Shown one piece after another: positions 1 through 8,661 of a DNA stretch of 64,000 bases (positions within the stretch are counted from its first letter, which is position 1; every line of letters begins with the position of its first letter). The notes beneath the pieces were generated by a model. That model searched no databases, was not told the DNA's origin, and saw nothing but the letters and a program-made list of their open reading frames with translations. A program made the position numbers and the translations under genes. Source of the stretch: Arcobacteraceae bacterium (GTDB lineage Bacteria > Campylobacterota > Campylobacteria > Campylobacterales > Arcobacteraceae); NCBI GenBank assembly GCA_965224485.1, contig CBDCZH010000010.1, forward strand, positions 64,001-128,000, read 5' to 3'.

Positions 1-28
1 ATTTTAGGATAAAAAAATAAGGAGTTTT

Positions 29-946
29 ATGAAAGCACTAATATTATTAAACATGGGTGGGGCGAGAAATAAACTTGAGCTCGAAATGTTTTTAAGAAAT
101 ATGTTTAATGACAAAAATATTTTAACAATGAAAAGTGATTTATTGCGTTCAATGATTGCTTCTTTAATAATAATGTCTAGGAAAAATTCTGCTTGGGAAA
201 ATTATGAATTAATAGGTGGTAGTTCGCCAATTAATCCAATAACAGAATCTTTAGTTGAAAAATTAAATGAAGAATTACCTGATATTTATGTAACACAAGT
301 TATGAGATATACTCCTCCTTTTTCTCCTAAGGCAGTTGAATTGTTAAGAGAACATAAGGTTGATGAGGTAATTTTATTACCCCTTTATCCTCAATACTCA
401 ACAACAACTACAAAATCATCTTTAGAAGATTTTTTAAGTATCGCAAAAGATGAATTTAAAATAAAAATCATAGAACCTTTTTATAAAAATGTTTTATATA
501 ATGATTTAATAGTTTCTAATATAAAAGAGGCTTGTTCCGAGGTGCAAGAGTATAATTTAATTTTCTCTGCCCATGGTTTACCTCAAAAAATTGTAAATAA
601 TGGTGATGTTTATGAAAAACAAATCAACGAGCATGTAAAAATTTTATCAAAACTGTTAGAAGAAAAAAATATTAATTTTAATTCAATTTCTTTAGCGTAT
701 CAATCAAAAGTAGGGCCTATGAAATGGTTGCAGCCCTCACTTGATAAAACTCTAGAAAATTTTGAAAATAAAAATGTTATAATTTATCCAATATCTTTTA
801 TAATTGATAATTCAGAAACAGTTTTTGAACTTGATATCGAATATAAAGAAATAGCTAATGATTTGGGTATTAGTGATTACAAAGTTGTTAAATGTGTAAA
901 TGATAGTAAAGAATTTATAGAAGTTATAAAAAATTTAATATCTTAG
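29..946 (+). CDS. hemH: Ferrochelatase
   Basis: LLNMGG, MRYTPP, LPLYPQYS, FSAHGLP, YQSKVGP-KWL motifs; AAGGAG SD. Confidence 0.97.
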   Translation: MKALILLNMGGARNKLELEMFLRNMFNDKNILTMKSDLLRSMIASLIIMSRKNSAWENYELIGGSSPINPITESLVEKLNEELPDIYVTQVMRYTPPFSPKAVELLREHKVDEVILLPLYPQYSTTTTKSSLEDFLSIAKDEFKIKIIEPFYKNVLYNDLIVSNIKEACSEVQEYNLIFSAHGLPQKIVNNGDVYEKQINEHVKILSKLLEEKNINFNSISLAYQSKVGPMKWLQPSLDKTLENFENKNVIIYPISFIIDNSETVFELDIEYKEIANDLGISDYKVVKCVNDSKEFIEVIKNLIS

Positions 947-954
947 GAGTTTTT

Positions 955-1503
955 ATGAAAAGTGAAATTCTGTTAAATCTTGCTACAAGTTCAATTTATG
1001 ATGAATTATTTAAAATGCAATCCCTAGATCTTGAAGCAATGAAAGATGAAAATAAGTATTTATCTGAACTAGGGGCTACTTTTGTAACTTTGTACTTAAA
1101 CAAATCTTTAAGAGGTTGTATGGGCTCTTTAATTGCAAATAGAACACTAATGAATGACATAATACATAATGCAAAAGCTGCTGCTTTTTATGATTTTAGG
1201 TTTCAGCCTGTATCAAAAGCTGATTTTAAAGACCTAGAAATTGAAGTTTCGCTCTTAAGTCCTGCTAAAGAAATAATTTACTCCTCAATAGAAGAGTTAA
1301 AAGAAAAAATAAAACCTCAAATACATGGGGTTATTTTAGAACAAGATCAAAATAAAGCAACATTTTTACCTCAAGTTTGGGATGAACTAGCTACTTTTGA
1401 AGATTTTTTTTCCCACTTAAGTAAAAAAGCTGGTTTAGCTCATGATTGTTTGAGATATTTTCCTAAAATTTCAGTTTATGAAGTTACAAAATTTAAGAAG
1501 TAA
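955..1503 (+). CDS. amrA: AmmeMemoRadiSam system protein A (AMMECR1 domain)
   Basis: GATFVTL, LRGCMG, AAFYDFRF, EVSLLS, ATFLPQVW motifs; adjacent radical SAM and MEMO genes. Confidence 0.92.
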   Translation: MKSEILLNLATSSIYDELFKMQSLDLEAMKDENKYLSELGATFVTLYLNKSLRGCMGSLIANRTLMNDIIHNAKAAAFYDFRFQPVSKADFKDLEIEVSLLSPAKEIIYSSIEELKEKIKPQIHGVILEQDQNKATFLPQVWDELATFEDFFSHLSKKAGLAHDCLRYFPKISVYEVTKFKK

Positions 1504-2483
1504 TGAATTTTTATAAAGGAAATAAAGAAACAAAAACATGTCTTTTGTGCTTGCATTATTGCTCATTAAAAGATAATGAAATTGGACTTTGTGGAGTTAA
1601 TCAACATATTGATGATAAAATAAAATGCTTAGTTTATGGATATTTATCTGCTTTAAAGATAGATGCAATTGAAAAAAAACCTTTATATCATTTTTTACCA
1701 GCATCAAAATCTTTATCTTTAGGAACAGTTGGCTGTAATTTTAAGTGTTCATTTTGCCAAAATTGGAGGATTTCTCAAGAAAAAAAAATATCTAAGAACA
1801 AATATACAAGCCCTAGTGATATTGTTAAGATAGCTTTACAAAATAACTGTGATTCTATTTCCTATACCTATAATGAACCTACTATTTTTTATCCTTTTGC
1901 TAAAGATATAGCTCTTGAAGCAAAAAAATATAATATAAAATCTGTTTATGTCTCAAATGGTTTTGAAAGTTTAGAGCAAAGAAGTGACATGATAGGTATT
2001 ATTGATGCTATTAATGTTGATTTAAAATGTTTTGATGCAAAGTATTATAAAAAACTTGGCGGTAACTTAGAGCAAACCTTAGATAATTTAAAGTTTTTTG
2101 CAAAAAATAAAATACATTTGGAAATAACAACATTAATTGTTCCTTCTAAAAATGACAAAGAAGAAGAATTAAAAAATATTGCTTTATTTATAAAAGAGCA
2201 TTTAGGAGAAGAAATACCTTGGCATCTTAGCGCTTTTCATCCTAATTATAAGGATTTAGATATTCCCAAAACCTCTTTGACTAGTCTACTTCTTGCACAA
2301 AAAATAGGTAAAGAAGTAGGATTAAAACATGTTTATATTGGAAATGCTGGTTTAAATAATTATACAAAATGTATAAAATGTGAAAAAGTATTACTTCATA
2401 GAGAATATTTTACAACAATAAAAAATAATCTAATAAATGGTTTTTGCTCTTGTGGGCAGAAATTACAAGGAGTTTATAAATGA
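1503..2483 (+). CDS. amrS: AmmeMemoRadiSam system radical SAM enzyme
   Basis: CNFKCSFCQN (CxxxCxxC), IEKKPLYHF, YTYNEPT, N- and C-terminal Cys clusters. Confidence 0.93.
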   Translation: MNFYKGNKETKTCLLCLHYCSLKDNEIGLCGVNQHIDDKIKCLVYGYLSALKIDAIEKKPLYHFLPASKSLSLGTVGCNFKCSFCQNWRISQEKKISKNKYTSPSDIVKIALQNNCDSISYTYNEPTIFYPFAKDIALEAKKYNIKSVYVSNGFESLEQRSDMIGIIDAINVDLKCFDAKYYKKLGGNLEQTLDNLKFFAKNKIHLEITTLIVPSKNDKEEELKNIALFIKEHLGEEIPWHLSAFHPNYKDLDIPKTSLTSLLLAQKIGKEVGLKHVYIGNAGLNNYTKCIKCEKVLLHREYFTTIKNNLINGFCSCGQKLQGVYK

Positions 2484-3292
2484 GTAGAAGAATGATGTGT
2501 TTTTCAGGAAGTTTTTATCCTAATGAAAAGGTAAATATTTTAAAATATTTTAACAGTTTTAATGCTACAGCTAATACTAGCAGTAAAGATATAAATAAAA
2601 AAGATGAAAACACTAATATAAAAGCACTTATTGTTCCTCATGCTGGTTATGTATACTCAGGTTATACTGCTAATTTAGCTTATAAAAAAGCTAGTTTACA
2701 AGAGTATAAAACTATTGTTGTTATAGGCCCTTCTCATAAAATCTCATTTAAAGGAGCTAGTATTTCTTTATATGAAAACTATGAAACTCCTTTAGGTGAT
2801 ATAAAAATTGATTTAACTTATGCAAAAAAGTTAAAAGAAGAGTTCGATTTTTTACTCTTTGATGATGAAGTACATAAAGAACACTCAACAGAAACCCAAG
2901 CTCCTTTTATAAAACACTATTTCTCTAAAAGTAATATCATTGAGATAGTTTATGGTTTAATAGATTTTAAAATTTTATCAGATTTATGTACTAAAATTCT
3001 AAAAGAAGATAATGTTTTATTAGTAATATCAACAGACTTAAGTCACTTCTATACCCAAGAAGAAGCATTCCTTTTAGATACTATTTGTCTAAATGCTATA
3101 AAAAATAGAAATATAAAAACCTTTGAGCAAGGAGGAGAAGCTTGTGGAATGGTTGGAATAAAAGCTTTAATAAACTCTAGTGTAAAACTAAACTTACAAA
3201 GTGAATTTTTACACTATTGTACAAGTGCAAACAGAAGTTTTGATAAAAGTTCTGTTGTATCTTATTGCTCTTTTTCCTTTCAAAGAATCTAA
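2480..3292 (+). CDS. amrB: AmmeMemoRadiSam system protein B (MEMO1 family)
   Basis: GSFYP, VPHAGYVYSG, GPSH, EHSTE, STDLSH, EACG motifs. Confidence 0.93.
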   Translation: MSRRMMCFSGSFYPNEKVNILKYFNSFNATANTSSKDINKKDENTNIKALIVPHAGYVYSGYTANLAYKKASLQEYKTIVVIGPSHKISFKGASISLYENYETPLGDIKIDLTYAKKLKEEFDFLLFDDEVHKEHSTETQAPFIKHYFSKSNIIEIVYGLIDFKILSDLCTKILKEDNVLLVISTDLSHFYTQEEAFLLDTICLNAIKNRNIKTFEQGGEACGMVGIKALINSSVKLNLQSEFLHYCTSANRSFDKSSVVSYCSFSFQRI

Positions 3293-3333
3293 ACTTCCTT
3301 GATTTTGATATACTTCTTTTTTAAGGAGTGTGT

Positions 3334-4035
3334 ATGGATCTGTCTTTTATTACAAAAAAAATTATTTCAGCTTTTTTAATGCCTTTATCTTTTTCTTTGA
3401 TTTTGGCTTTTATAGGTTTATTGTTTTTGTATTTCAACTCTTATAAAAGAGCAAAAATATTTTTAAGTTTATCTTTTTTATTAATATTTTTAAGTTCTTA
3501 CTCTCCTATATCAAACTTTTTATTAAAACCATTAGAAACACAATATACAAAACTTCAAGATACAAAAGGTGTAAAATATATTCTTCTTTTAGGTGGTGAT
3601 TTTGAAAATAGAGCTTATGAGGTTTTACGTTTATATAATAAAATCCCAAATGCTAAGATTATAACTTCTGGTTATAAGGGTAATTTGGAAATAGCAGAAG
3701 CATTAAGAAATAAAAATGCTTTAATAAGTCTGGGTATTAATAAAAATGATATTTTAATGCAAAAAAAACCTAAAGACACCCAAGAAGAAGCTATAAATAT
3801 CAAAAATATTGTAAAAGATGAAAATTTTATTTTAGTAACATCTTCTTATCATATGCCAAGAGCAATGAAGTTTTTTAAACAAGAAGGTTTAAACCCCTTA
3901 GCTGCTCCCTCAAATGTTTTATATAAAAAAAGCAGAATTTACTCAAATCCTTCAGGAAAAAACCTTTTAAACACTCAAATAGCAGTTCATGAATACTTAG
4001 GTCTTCTTTGGCAAAAGATAAAAAAAAATCTTTAA
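3334..4035 (+). CDS. YdcF/ElyC/SanA (DUF218) family envelope protein
   Basis: N-terminal TM helices, LLGG, DTQEEA, LVTSSYHMPRA, HEYLG; ATG at 3334 after AAGGAG; own TG-n-TATACT promoter at 3306-3314. Confidence 0.85.
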   Translation: MDLSFITKKIISAFLMPLSFSLILAFIGLLFLYFNSYKRAKIFLSLSFLLIFLSSYSPISNFLLKPLETQYTKLQDTKGVKYILLLGGDFENRAYEVLRLYNKIPNAKIITSGYKGNLEIAEALRNKNALISLGINKNDILMQKKPKDTQEEAINIKNIVKDENFILVTSSYHMPRAMKFFKQEGLNPLAAPSNVLYKKSRIYSNPSGKNLLNTQIAVHEYLGLLWQKIKKNL

Positions 4036-4058
4036 ATAAGAGTATTTTAAAATTAAAA

Positions 4059-4087
4059 TTGACAAAAAATATCTGTTTGAGTATAAT
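4059..4087 (+). promoter_or_regulatory. Consensus sigma70 promoter for the metal ABC operon
   Basis: TTGACA (4059-4064), 17 nt spacer, TATAAT (4082-4087). Confidence 0.75.
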
Positions 4088-4107
4088 TGCAAAAAAAGTA
4101 TAACTTA

Positions 4108-4851
4108 TTGAAAACTCTTATAGAAATAAAAAACCTATGTTTCTCTTATAATAAAACAAATGTTTTAGAAGATATAAACTTAGATATTTTGCAAAATGAT
4201 TTTTTAGCTATTATTGGACCTAATGGTGGAGGAAAATCTACTTTATTAAAACTTATATTAAATATTTTGACAAAAAAAAGTGGAAGTATTTCTTATAATT
4301 TAAAAAAATCTTATTTAGGATATGTTCCACAAAATACTAATTTAAATCTTGATTTCCCAATAACTGCTTTAGAAGTTGTTTTAATGGGACATAAATCACA
4401 TAAAAGAAGTTTTTTTGGTTATTCAAAAGAAGATATTGCTTGTGCCTTGTACTCTTTAAAAGAAGTTGATATGCAAGATTTTAAAGATACTAAGATTGGG
4501 TCTTTAAGTGGAGGGCAGCGACAAAGAGTATTTATTGCCCGTGCCCTATGTTCAAAACCTAAGCTGCTTTTATTAGATGAACCTACTGCTTCTATTGATG
4601 TAAAAGGTCAAAGAGAAGTTTATGATTTATTAAAAACTCTTTCTTTAAGCATGAGTATTGTTGTAGTTTCCCATGATATTTCAGTTTTGTTAAATTATGC
4701 AAAAAATGTTGCACATGTAAATAAAAATCTTGTTTTTCACTCTTTGAAACAAATTAAACAAGATATAGACTCAAATGAGGAACATTTATGTGAGGTTGAG
4801 CTTTTATCAGCTTTAGGAAAAACACAAGCTTGTTGTAATCATGAGCATTAG
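4108..4851 (+). CDS. znuC: Zn/Mn ABC transporter ATP-binding protein
   Basis: GPNGGGKST, YVPQ, LSGGQRQR, LLLDEP, SHD; C-terminal His/Cys tail; TTG at 4108 preferred because 4087 lies in the -10 box. Confidence 0.85.
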   Translation: MKTLIEIKNLCFSYNKTNVLEDINLDILQNDFLAIIGPNGGGKSTLLKLILNILTKKSGSISYNLKKSYLGYVPQNTNLNLDFPITALEVVLMGHKSHKRSFFGYSKEDIACALYSLKEVDMQDFKDTKIGSLSGGQRQRVFIARALCSKPKLLLLDEPTASIDVKGQREVYDLLKTLSLSMSIVVVSHDISVLLNYAKNVAHVNKNLVFHSLKQIKQDIDSNEEHLCEVELLSALGKTQACCNHEH

Positions 4852-4860
4852 GTATACAAA

Positions 4861-5655
4861 ATGTTAGAATTTTTACAATATGATTTTATTCAAAATGCTA
4901 TTATTGCAGGTATTTTAATCTCAATAGCATCTGGTATTATAGGTTCTCTTGTAGTAGTAAACAGAATAACTTTTTTAGCAGGTGGAATTGCCCATAGTTC
5001 TTATGGTGGAATTGGACTTGCTATTTATTTTGGGCTGCCTATTTTATTTGGAGCAACTGTTTTTGCAATAATTACAGCTATTATAATTGCTATGATTACT
5101 TTAAATAATAGAAGTAGAATTGACTCAATTATAGGTATAATGTGGGCATTTGGAATGGCTTTGGGTATAATCTTTGTTGATTTAACGCCTGGCTACAATG
5201 TTGACTTGATGTCATATCTATTTGGTTCAATAATAGCTGTATCAAAAGCTGATATCTTATATATGTTAGGTATGGATATTTTTATTATTCTTACTGTATG
5301 GTTCTTTTACAAAGAAATACTAGCTGTTTCTTATGATACTTTATTTGCAAAACTAAGAGGAATAAATGTTAAGTTTTTTTATACTCTTATTTTAGTATTA
5401 GCTTCACTTTGTGTTGTTGCTGCTATAAAAGTTGTTGGACTTATTTTAGTAATTGCTTTAATTTCAATTCCAACATATATAGCAGAACTGTTTTGTAATA
5501 AATTATCAAGCATGATGGTTCTAAGTTCGATTTTAGCCACAGTTTTTGTTTTAAGTGGTTTAGTGATTTCATATTTATATGATATTAGTTCAGGAGCAAG
5601 TATTATTATTGTTTCAATTATATTTTTATTATTAGCAAAGTTAGGAAAAAGATGA
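4861..5655 (+). CDS. znuB: Zn/Mn ABC transporter permease (ABC-3)
   Basis: GGIAHSSYGG, YLFGSI, VGLILVIAL; multi-TM. Confidence 0.88.
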   Translation: MLEFLQYDFIQNAIIAGILISIASGIIGSLVVVNRITFLAGGIAHSSYGGIGLAIYFGLPILFGATVFAIITAIIIAMITLNNRSRIDSIIGIMWAFGMALGIIFVDLTPGYNVDLMSYLFGSIIAVSKADILYMLGMDIFIILTVWFFYKEILAVSYDTLFAKLRGINVKFFYTLILVLASLCVVAAIKVVGLILVIALISIPTYIAELFCNKLSSMMVLSSILATVFVLSGLVISYLYDISSGASIIIVSIIFLLLAKLGKR

Positions 5656-6488
5656 ATAAACAAATAGAATTAGGGGTAATTAACTCTTTAAAAGTAAACA
5701 GAATATCAGAACCAGGACTTTATTTAATATGTGAAGATGAAGAAGAGGTATTACTTCCAAATTGTTATATAACAAAAGAGATGGAAGTAGATGATGTAAT
5801 AGATGTTTTTGTATATACAGATAGTGAAGATAGACTTGTATCTACTACTCTTAAACCTTATGCAAAAAAAGATGAATTTGCAGCATTAGAAGTAGTAGAT
5901 CGTGCTGCTTTTGGAGCTTTTGTTGATATTGGACTTCCTAAAGATATTTTAGTTCCTAAAAATAAACAAAAATCTACTTTCAATATTGGTGATATAAAAG
6001 TTATTAAAATAATTGAAGATGAGCATACTGGTAGATTAATAGGAACTGAGAAGTTTAATTTACATGAGTCTAAAAATTTTGGAAAAAATGCTGAAGTAGA
6101 AATTTTAGTATATACTAAAACACCTCTTGGTTTTAAAGTTATAGTAAATAATGCTTATGAAGGTTTAGTTTTTCATAATGAAATATTCCAAAAAATAAAT
6201 ATAGGTGATAAAAAAATAGCCTATGTTAAGAATAAAAGAGATGACGGAAAATTAGATCTTTGTTTACAAAAAATAGGACAAAATAATTTAGATGAAAACT
6301 CAAATAAAATATTAGAAGTCTTAGAAATAAATGATGGAACTCTTAATTTTACTTATAAAAGTGATGCCCAAGATATAAAAACTATATTTTCTATGAGTAA
6401 AAAAGTATATAAAGCAACACTAACAAAATTATTAAATGATAACAAAATTATATTAAATGATAATAGTATTAAAATAAATAAAGATTAA
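5652..6488 (+). CDS. cvfB: CvfB family S1 RNA-binding protein
   Basis: EVLLP, VFVYTDSEDRLV, GAFVDIGLPKD, R-DGKLDL, FSMSKK. Confidence 0.88.
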   Translation: MNKQIELGVINSLKVNRISEPGLYLICEDEEEVLLPNCYITKEMEVDDVIDVFVYTDSEDRLVSTTLKPYAKKDEFAALEVVDRAAFGAFVDIGLPKDILVPKNKQKSTFNIGDIKVIKIIEDEHTGRLIGTEKFNLHESKNFGKNAEVEILVYTKTPLGFKVIVNNAYEGLVFHNEIFQKINIGDKKIAYVKNKRDDGKLDLCLQKIGQNNLDENSNKILEVLEINDGTLNFTYKSDAQDIKTIFSMSKKVYKATLTKLLNDNKIILNDNSIKINKD

Positions 6489-6595
6489 ATTAAGGCTTGA
6501 AAATTTTATAGCTTAAATGTTTTTTACTCATTTTTAAGAGTAAATTTTAATCTATTTAAATATAATCAGATAATTAAATATTAAAAAGGAATAAA

Positions 6596-7132
6596 ATGGC
6601 AACAACAAAGTTAAAAGGAAATCTTGTAAATCTTAGTGGAGCAGAACTTAATGTTGGTGATGTAGCACCAATAGTTAATGTAGTAGCACAAGATTTAAGT
6701 GATATTCAAGTAGGTGGTCAACAAGGAAAAGCTCAAATTTTAGTAATTGTACCTTCTTTAGATACTGCTGTTTGTGCAGCTGAAACTAGAAAGTTCAATG
6801 AAAAAGCTGCTTCTATGGAAAATGCAGAAGTAACTGTAGTTTCTATGGATTTACCTTTTGCAATGGGACGATTTTGTACAACTGAAGGAATTGAAAACTT
6901 AAGAGTTGGATCTGATTTTAGAGCAAAAATGCTAGCTAAATCTTATGGTGTACTGATTTCTGATGGACCTTTAGCAGGTGCTACTTGTAGAGCTGTATTT
7001 GTTATTAATGCTTCTGGAATTATTACATATAAAGAGATTACAGAAGATATTACAGACGAACCTAATTATGAAGCAGCTTATGGAGCTCTTAGTGAAGCAA
7101 CAGGAACTTCTTGTTGTGGAACTTGTCAATAA
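6596..7132 (+). CDS. tpx: Thiol peroxidase (atypical 2-Cys Prx)
   Basis: VPSLDTAVC, SMDLPFAMGRFC, RAVFV, EPNY. Confidence 0.95.
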   Translation: MATTKLKGNLVNLSGAELNVGDVAPIVNVVAQDLSDIQVGGQQGKAQILVIVPSLDTAVCAAETRKFNEKAASMENAEVTVVSMDLPFAMGRFCTTEGIENLRVGSDFRAKMLAKSYGVLISDGPLAGATCRAVFVINASGIITYKEITEDITDEPNYEAAYGALSEATGTSCCGTCQ

Positions 7133-7164
7133 TCAAGGTTTTGATTAATACATTTTGATATAAT
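7123..7164 (+). promoter_or_regulatory. Putative Crp/Fnr-family box plus extended -10 for nnrS
   Basis: TTGTC-AATA-ATCAA (7123-7136; 8/10 match to TTGAT-N4-ATCAA) centred about -41.5 from the start implied by TG-A-TATAAT (7156-7164). Confidence 0.55.
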
Positions 7165-7176
7165 TCTAGTAACTTT

Positions 7177-7212
7177 AAAAAAGCTTATCTTTTTAGAAGA
7201 TAGGCTTTTTTT
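7177..7212 (+). terminator. Intrinsic terminator-like hairpin between tpx and nnrS
   Basis: AAAAAAGCTTATCTT-TTTAG-AAGATAGGCTTTTTT followed by more T. Confidence 0.7.
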
Positions 7213-7228
7213 ATTTTAGGATATTAAA

Positions 7229-8473
7229 ATGTTTTCAACTCAAGCAATAAAAAAAGAAGAAGTTATAAAGCAAAATAGTTTTAAACTTTGGTATAAAAAA
7301 TTCTCATCTCAACCACATCAGCCTTTCTTTGCAAATGGTATTGTTTTTCTAGTGTTATTTATATTTGCGCTGTTTTTAAATTATTCAAATACTCTTAGCC
7401 TAGAGGTTTCTTTACGAACCTTTCATGTTTATTCTTTAGTTTTTATAGTTTTTATACAATTCTTTTTAGGATTTTTATTTGTAGTTTTTCCAAGATTCTT
7501 AATGCAAGCAGAAATACCAGTAAAAGATTATATGAACCAATTTTTTCTGTATTTTATTGGTTCTGTTTTATTTTTTATATCAATTTTTGTAAGCGAAACT
7601 TTAAGTATTTTTGCTTCTTTTATAGTTTTCGTAGCGCAACTTATAAGTTTTAGAACCCTTTATATACTTTTTAATAAATCAATAATGAAAGATAAATACG
7701 ATACAAAATGGGTTTTAATCGCATTTGCTACTGGACTTGCTTCTAATTTTATGTATATTATTTCATATATGAAATTTCCAAATCATGAACTTTTTGCCCA
7801 AGTTGCTGTAAATTCAGGTTTTTATTTATTTTTATTTACTTTAATTTTTGCTATTGCTCAAAGAATGGTTCTTTTTTTTACTTCTGTAAAATCTCCTGGT
7901 TATATTATAAATAAATCAAAAGCTTTTATGGAATTAATTTTTGCATTTTTAGTATTAAAAGTTGTTCTTTTAACTTTTAATGAACCTAGTTTATACTTAT
8001 TAGCAGATGTTCCTTTATTTTTTATTTTTACAAAAGAATTAATTAAGTGGAAATTACCATTTTTAAAACTTCCTGCAATTATGTGGATTTTATACCTATC
8101 TTTATACTGGATTCCACTTGGGTTTTTAGTTTCAAGTATAGAATCAATTGTATATATACTTTTAGATAAACAAATTGTATTTGAAAAAGCAGTTATTCAT
8201 ATTTTTGCACTTGGTTTTTTTACAACTATTCTTGTAGGTTTTGGTACAAGAGTAGTATTGGGACATTCAGGTAGAACTCCAACTTCTGATAAGATTACTA
8301 CTTTTATGTTTATTTTTATTCAAGTACTTACCCTTTCTAGAGTTTTTGCAGCTTATAGTATAAATTTTGATTTAGATTATTCTTTGTTTATTAATATAAG
8401 TGCTATTTTATTTATTACAGCATTTGTAGCTTGGAGTATTAAGTATTTGCCTATTTTATTGAAGGGGAAGTAG
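7229..8473 (+). CDS. nnrS: NnrS family membrane protein (nitrosative stress)
   Basis: QPHQPFF, about 12 TM helices, H-motifs, TRVVLGHSGR. Confidence 0.88.
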   Translation: MFSTQAIKKEEVIKQNSFKLWYKKFSSQPHQPFFANGIVFLVLFIFALFLNYSNTLSLEVSLRTFHVYSLVFIVFIQFFLGFLFVVFPRFLMQAEIPVKDYMNQFFLYFIGSVLFFISIFVSETLSIFASFIVFVAQLISFRTLYILFNKSIMKDKYDTKWVLIAFATGLASNFMYIISYMKFPNHELFAQVAVNSGFYLFLFTLIFAIAQRMVLFFTSVKSPGYIINKSKAFMELIFAFLVLKVVLLTFNEPSLYLLADVPLFFIFTKELIKWKLPFLKLPAIMWILYLSLYWIPLGFLVSSIESIVYILLDKQIVFEKAVIHIFALGFFTTILVGFGTRVVLGHSGRTPTSDKITTFMFIFIQVLTLSRVFAAYSINFDLDYSLFINISAILFITAFVAWSIKYLPILLKGK

Positions 8474-8479
8474 TTTTTG

Positions 8480-8564
8480 GTTGGTAAGTTGGTAGGTTAG
8501 TATAGTTTGTAAGTTAGTAAGTTGGTAGGTTGGTAAGTTTTAGGTTGTAAGTTGTAGGTTTTAG
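8480..8564. repeat. Degenerate 7/8-mer tandem repeat GTT(G/A/T)GTA(A/G), 11 units
   Basis: GTTGGTAA GTTGGTAG GTTAGTATA GTTTGTAA GTTAGTAA GTTGGTAG GTTGGTAA GTTTTAG GTTGTAA GTTGTAG GTTTTAG. Confidence 0.9.
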
Positions 8565-8661
8565 TTTTTATTTATTTAATAAGAATTTTAAAGATTATTA
8601 AACACTTAGTACACAAAATTTTTATATAATCTTTTTACCTAGAGTATTTAAAAGGATTATT

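Noticed and set aside
8480..8564. Possible CRISPR array
   Set aside because: Units are 7-9 nt and contiguous, with no spacers and no cas genes
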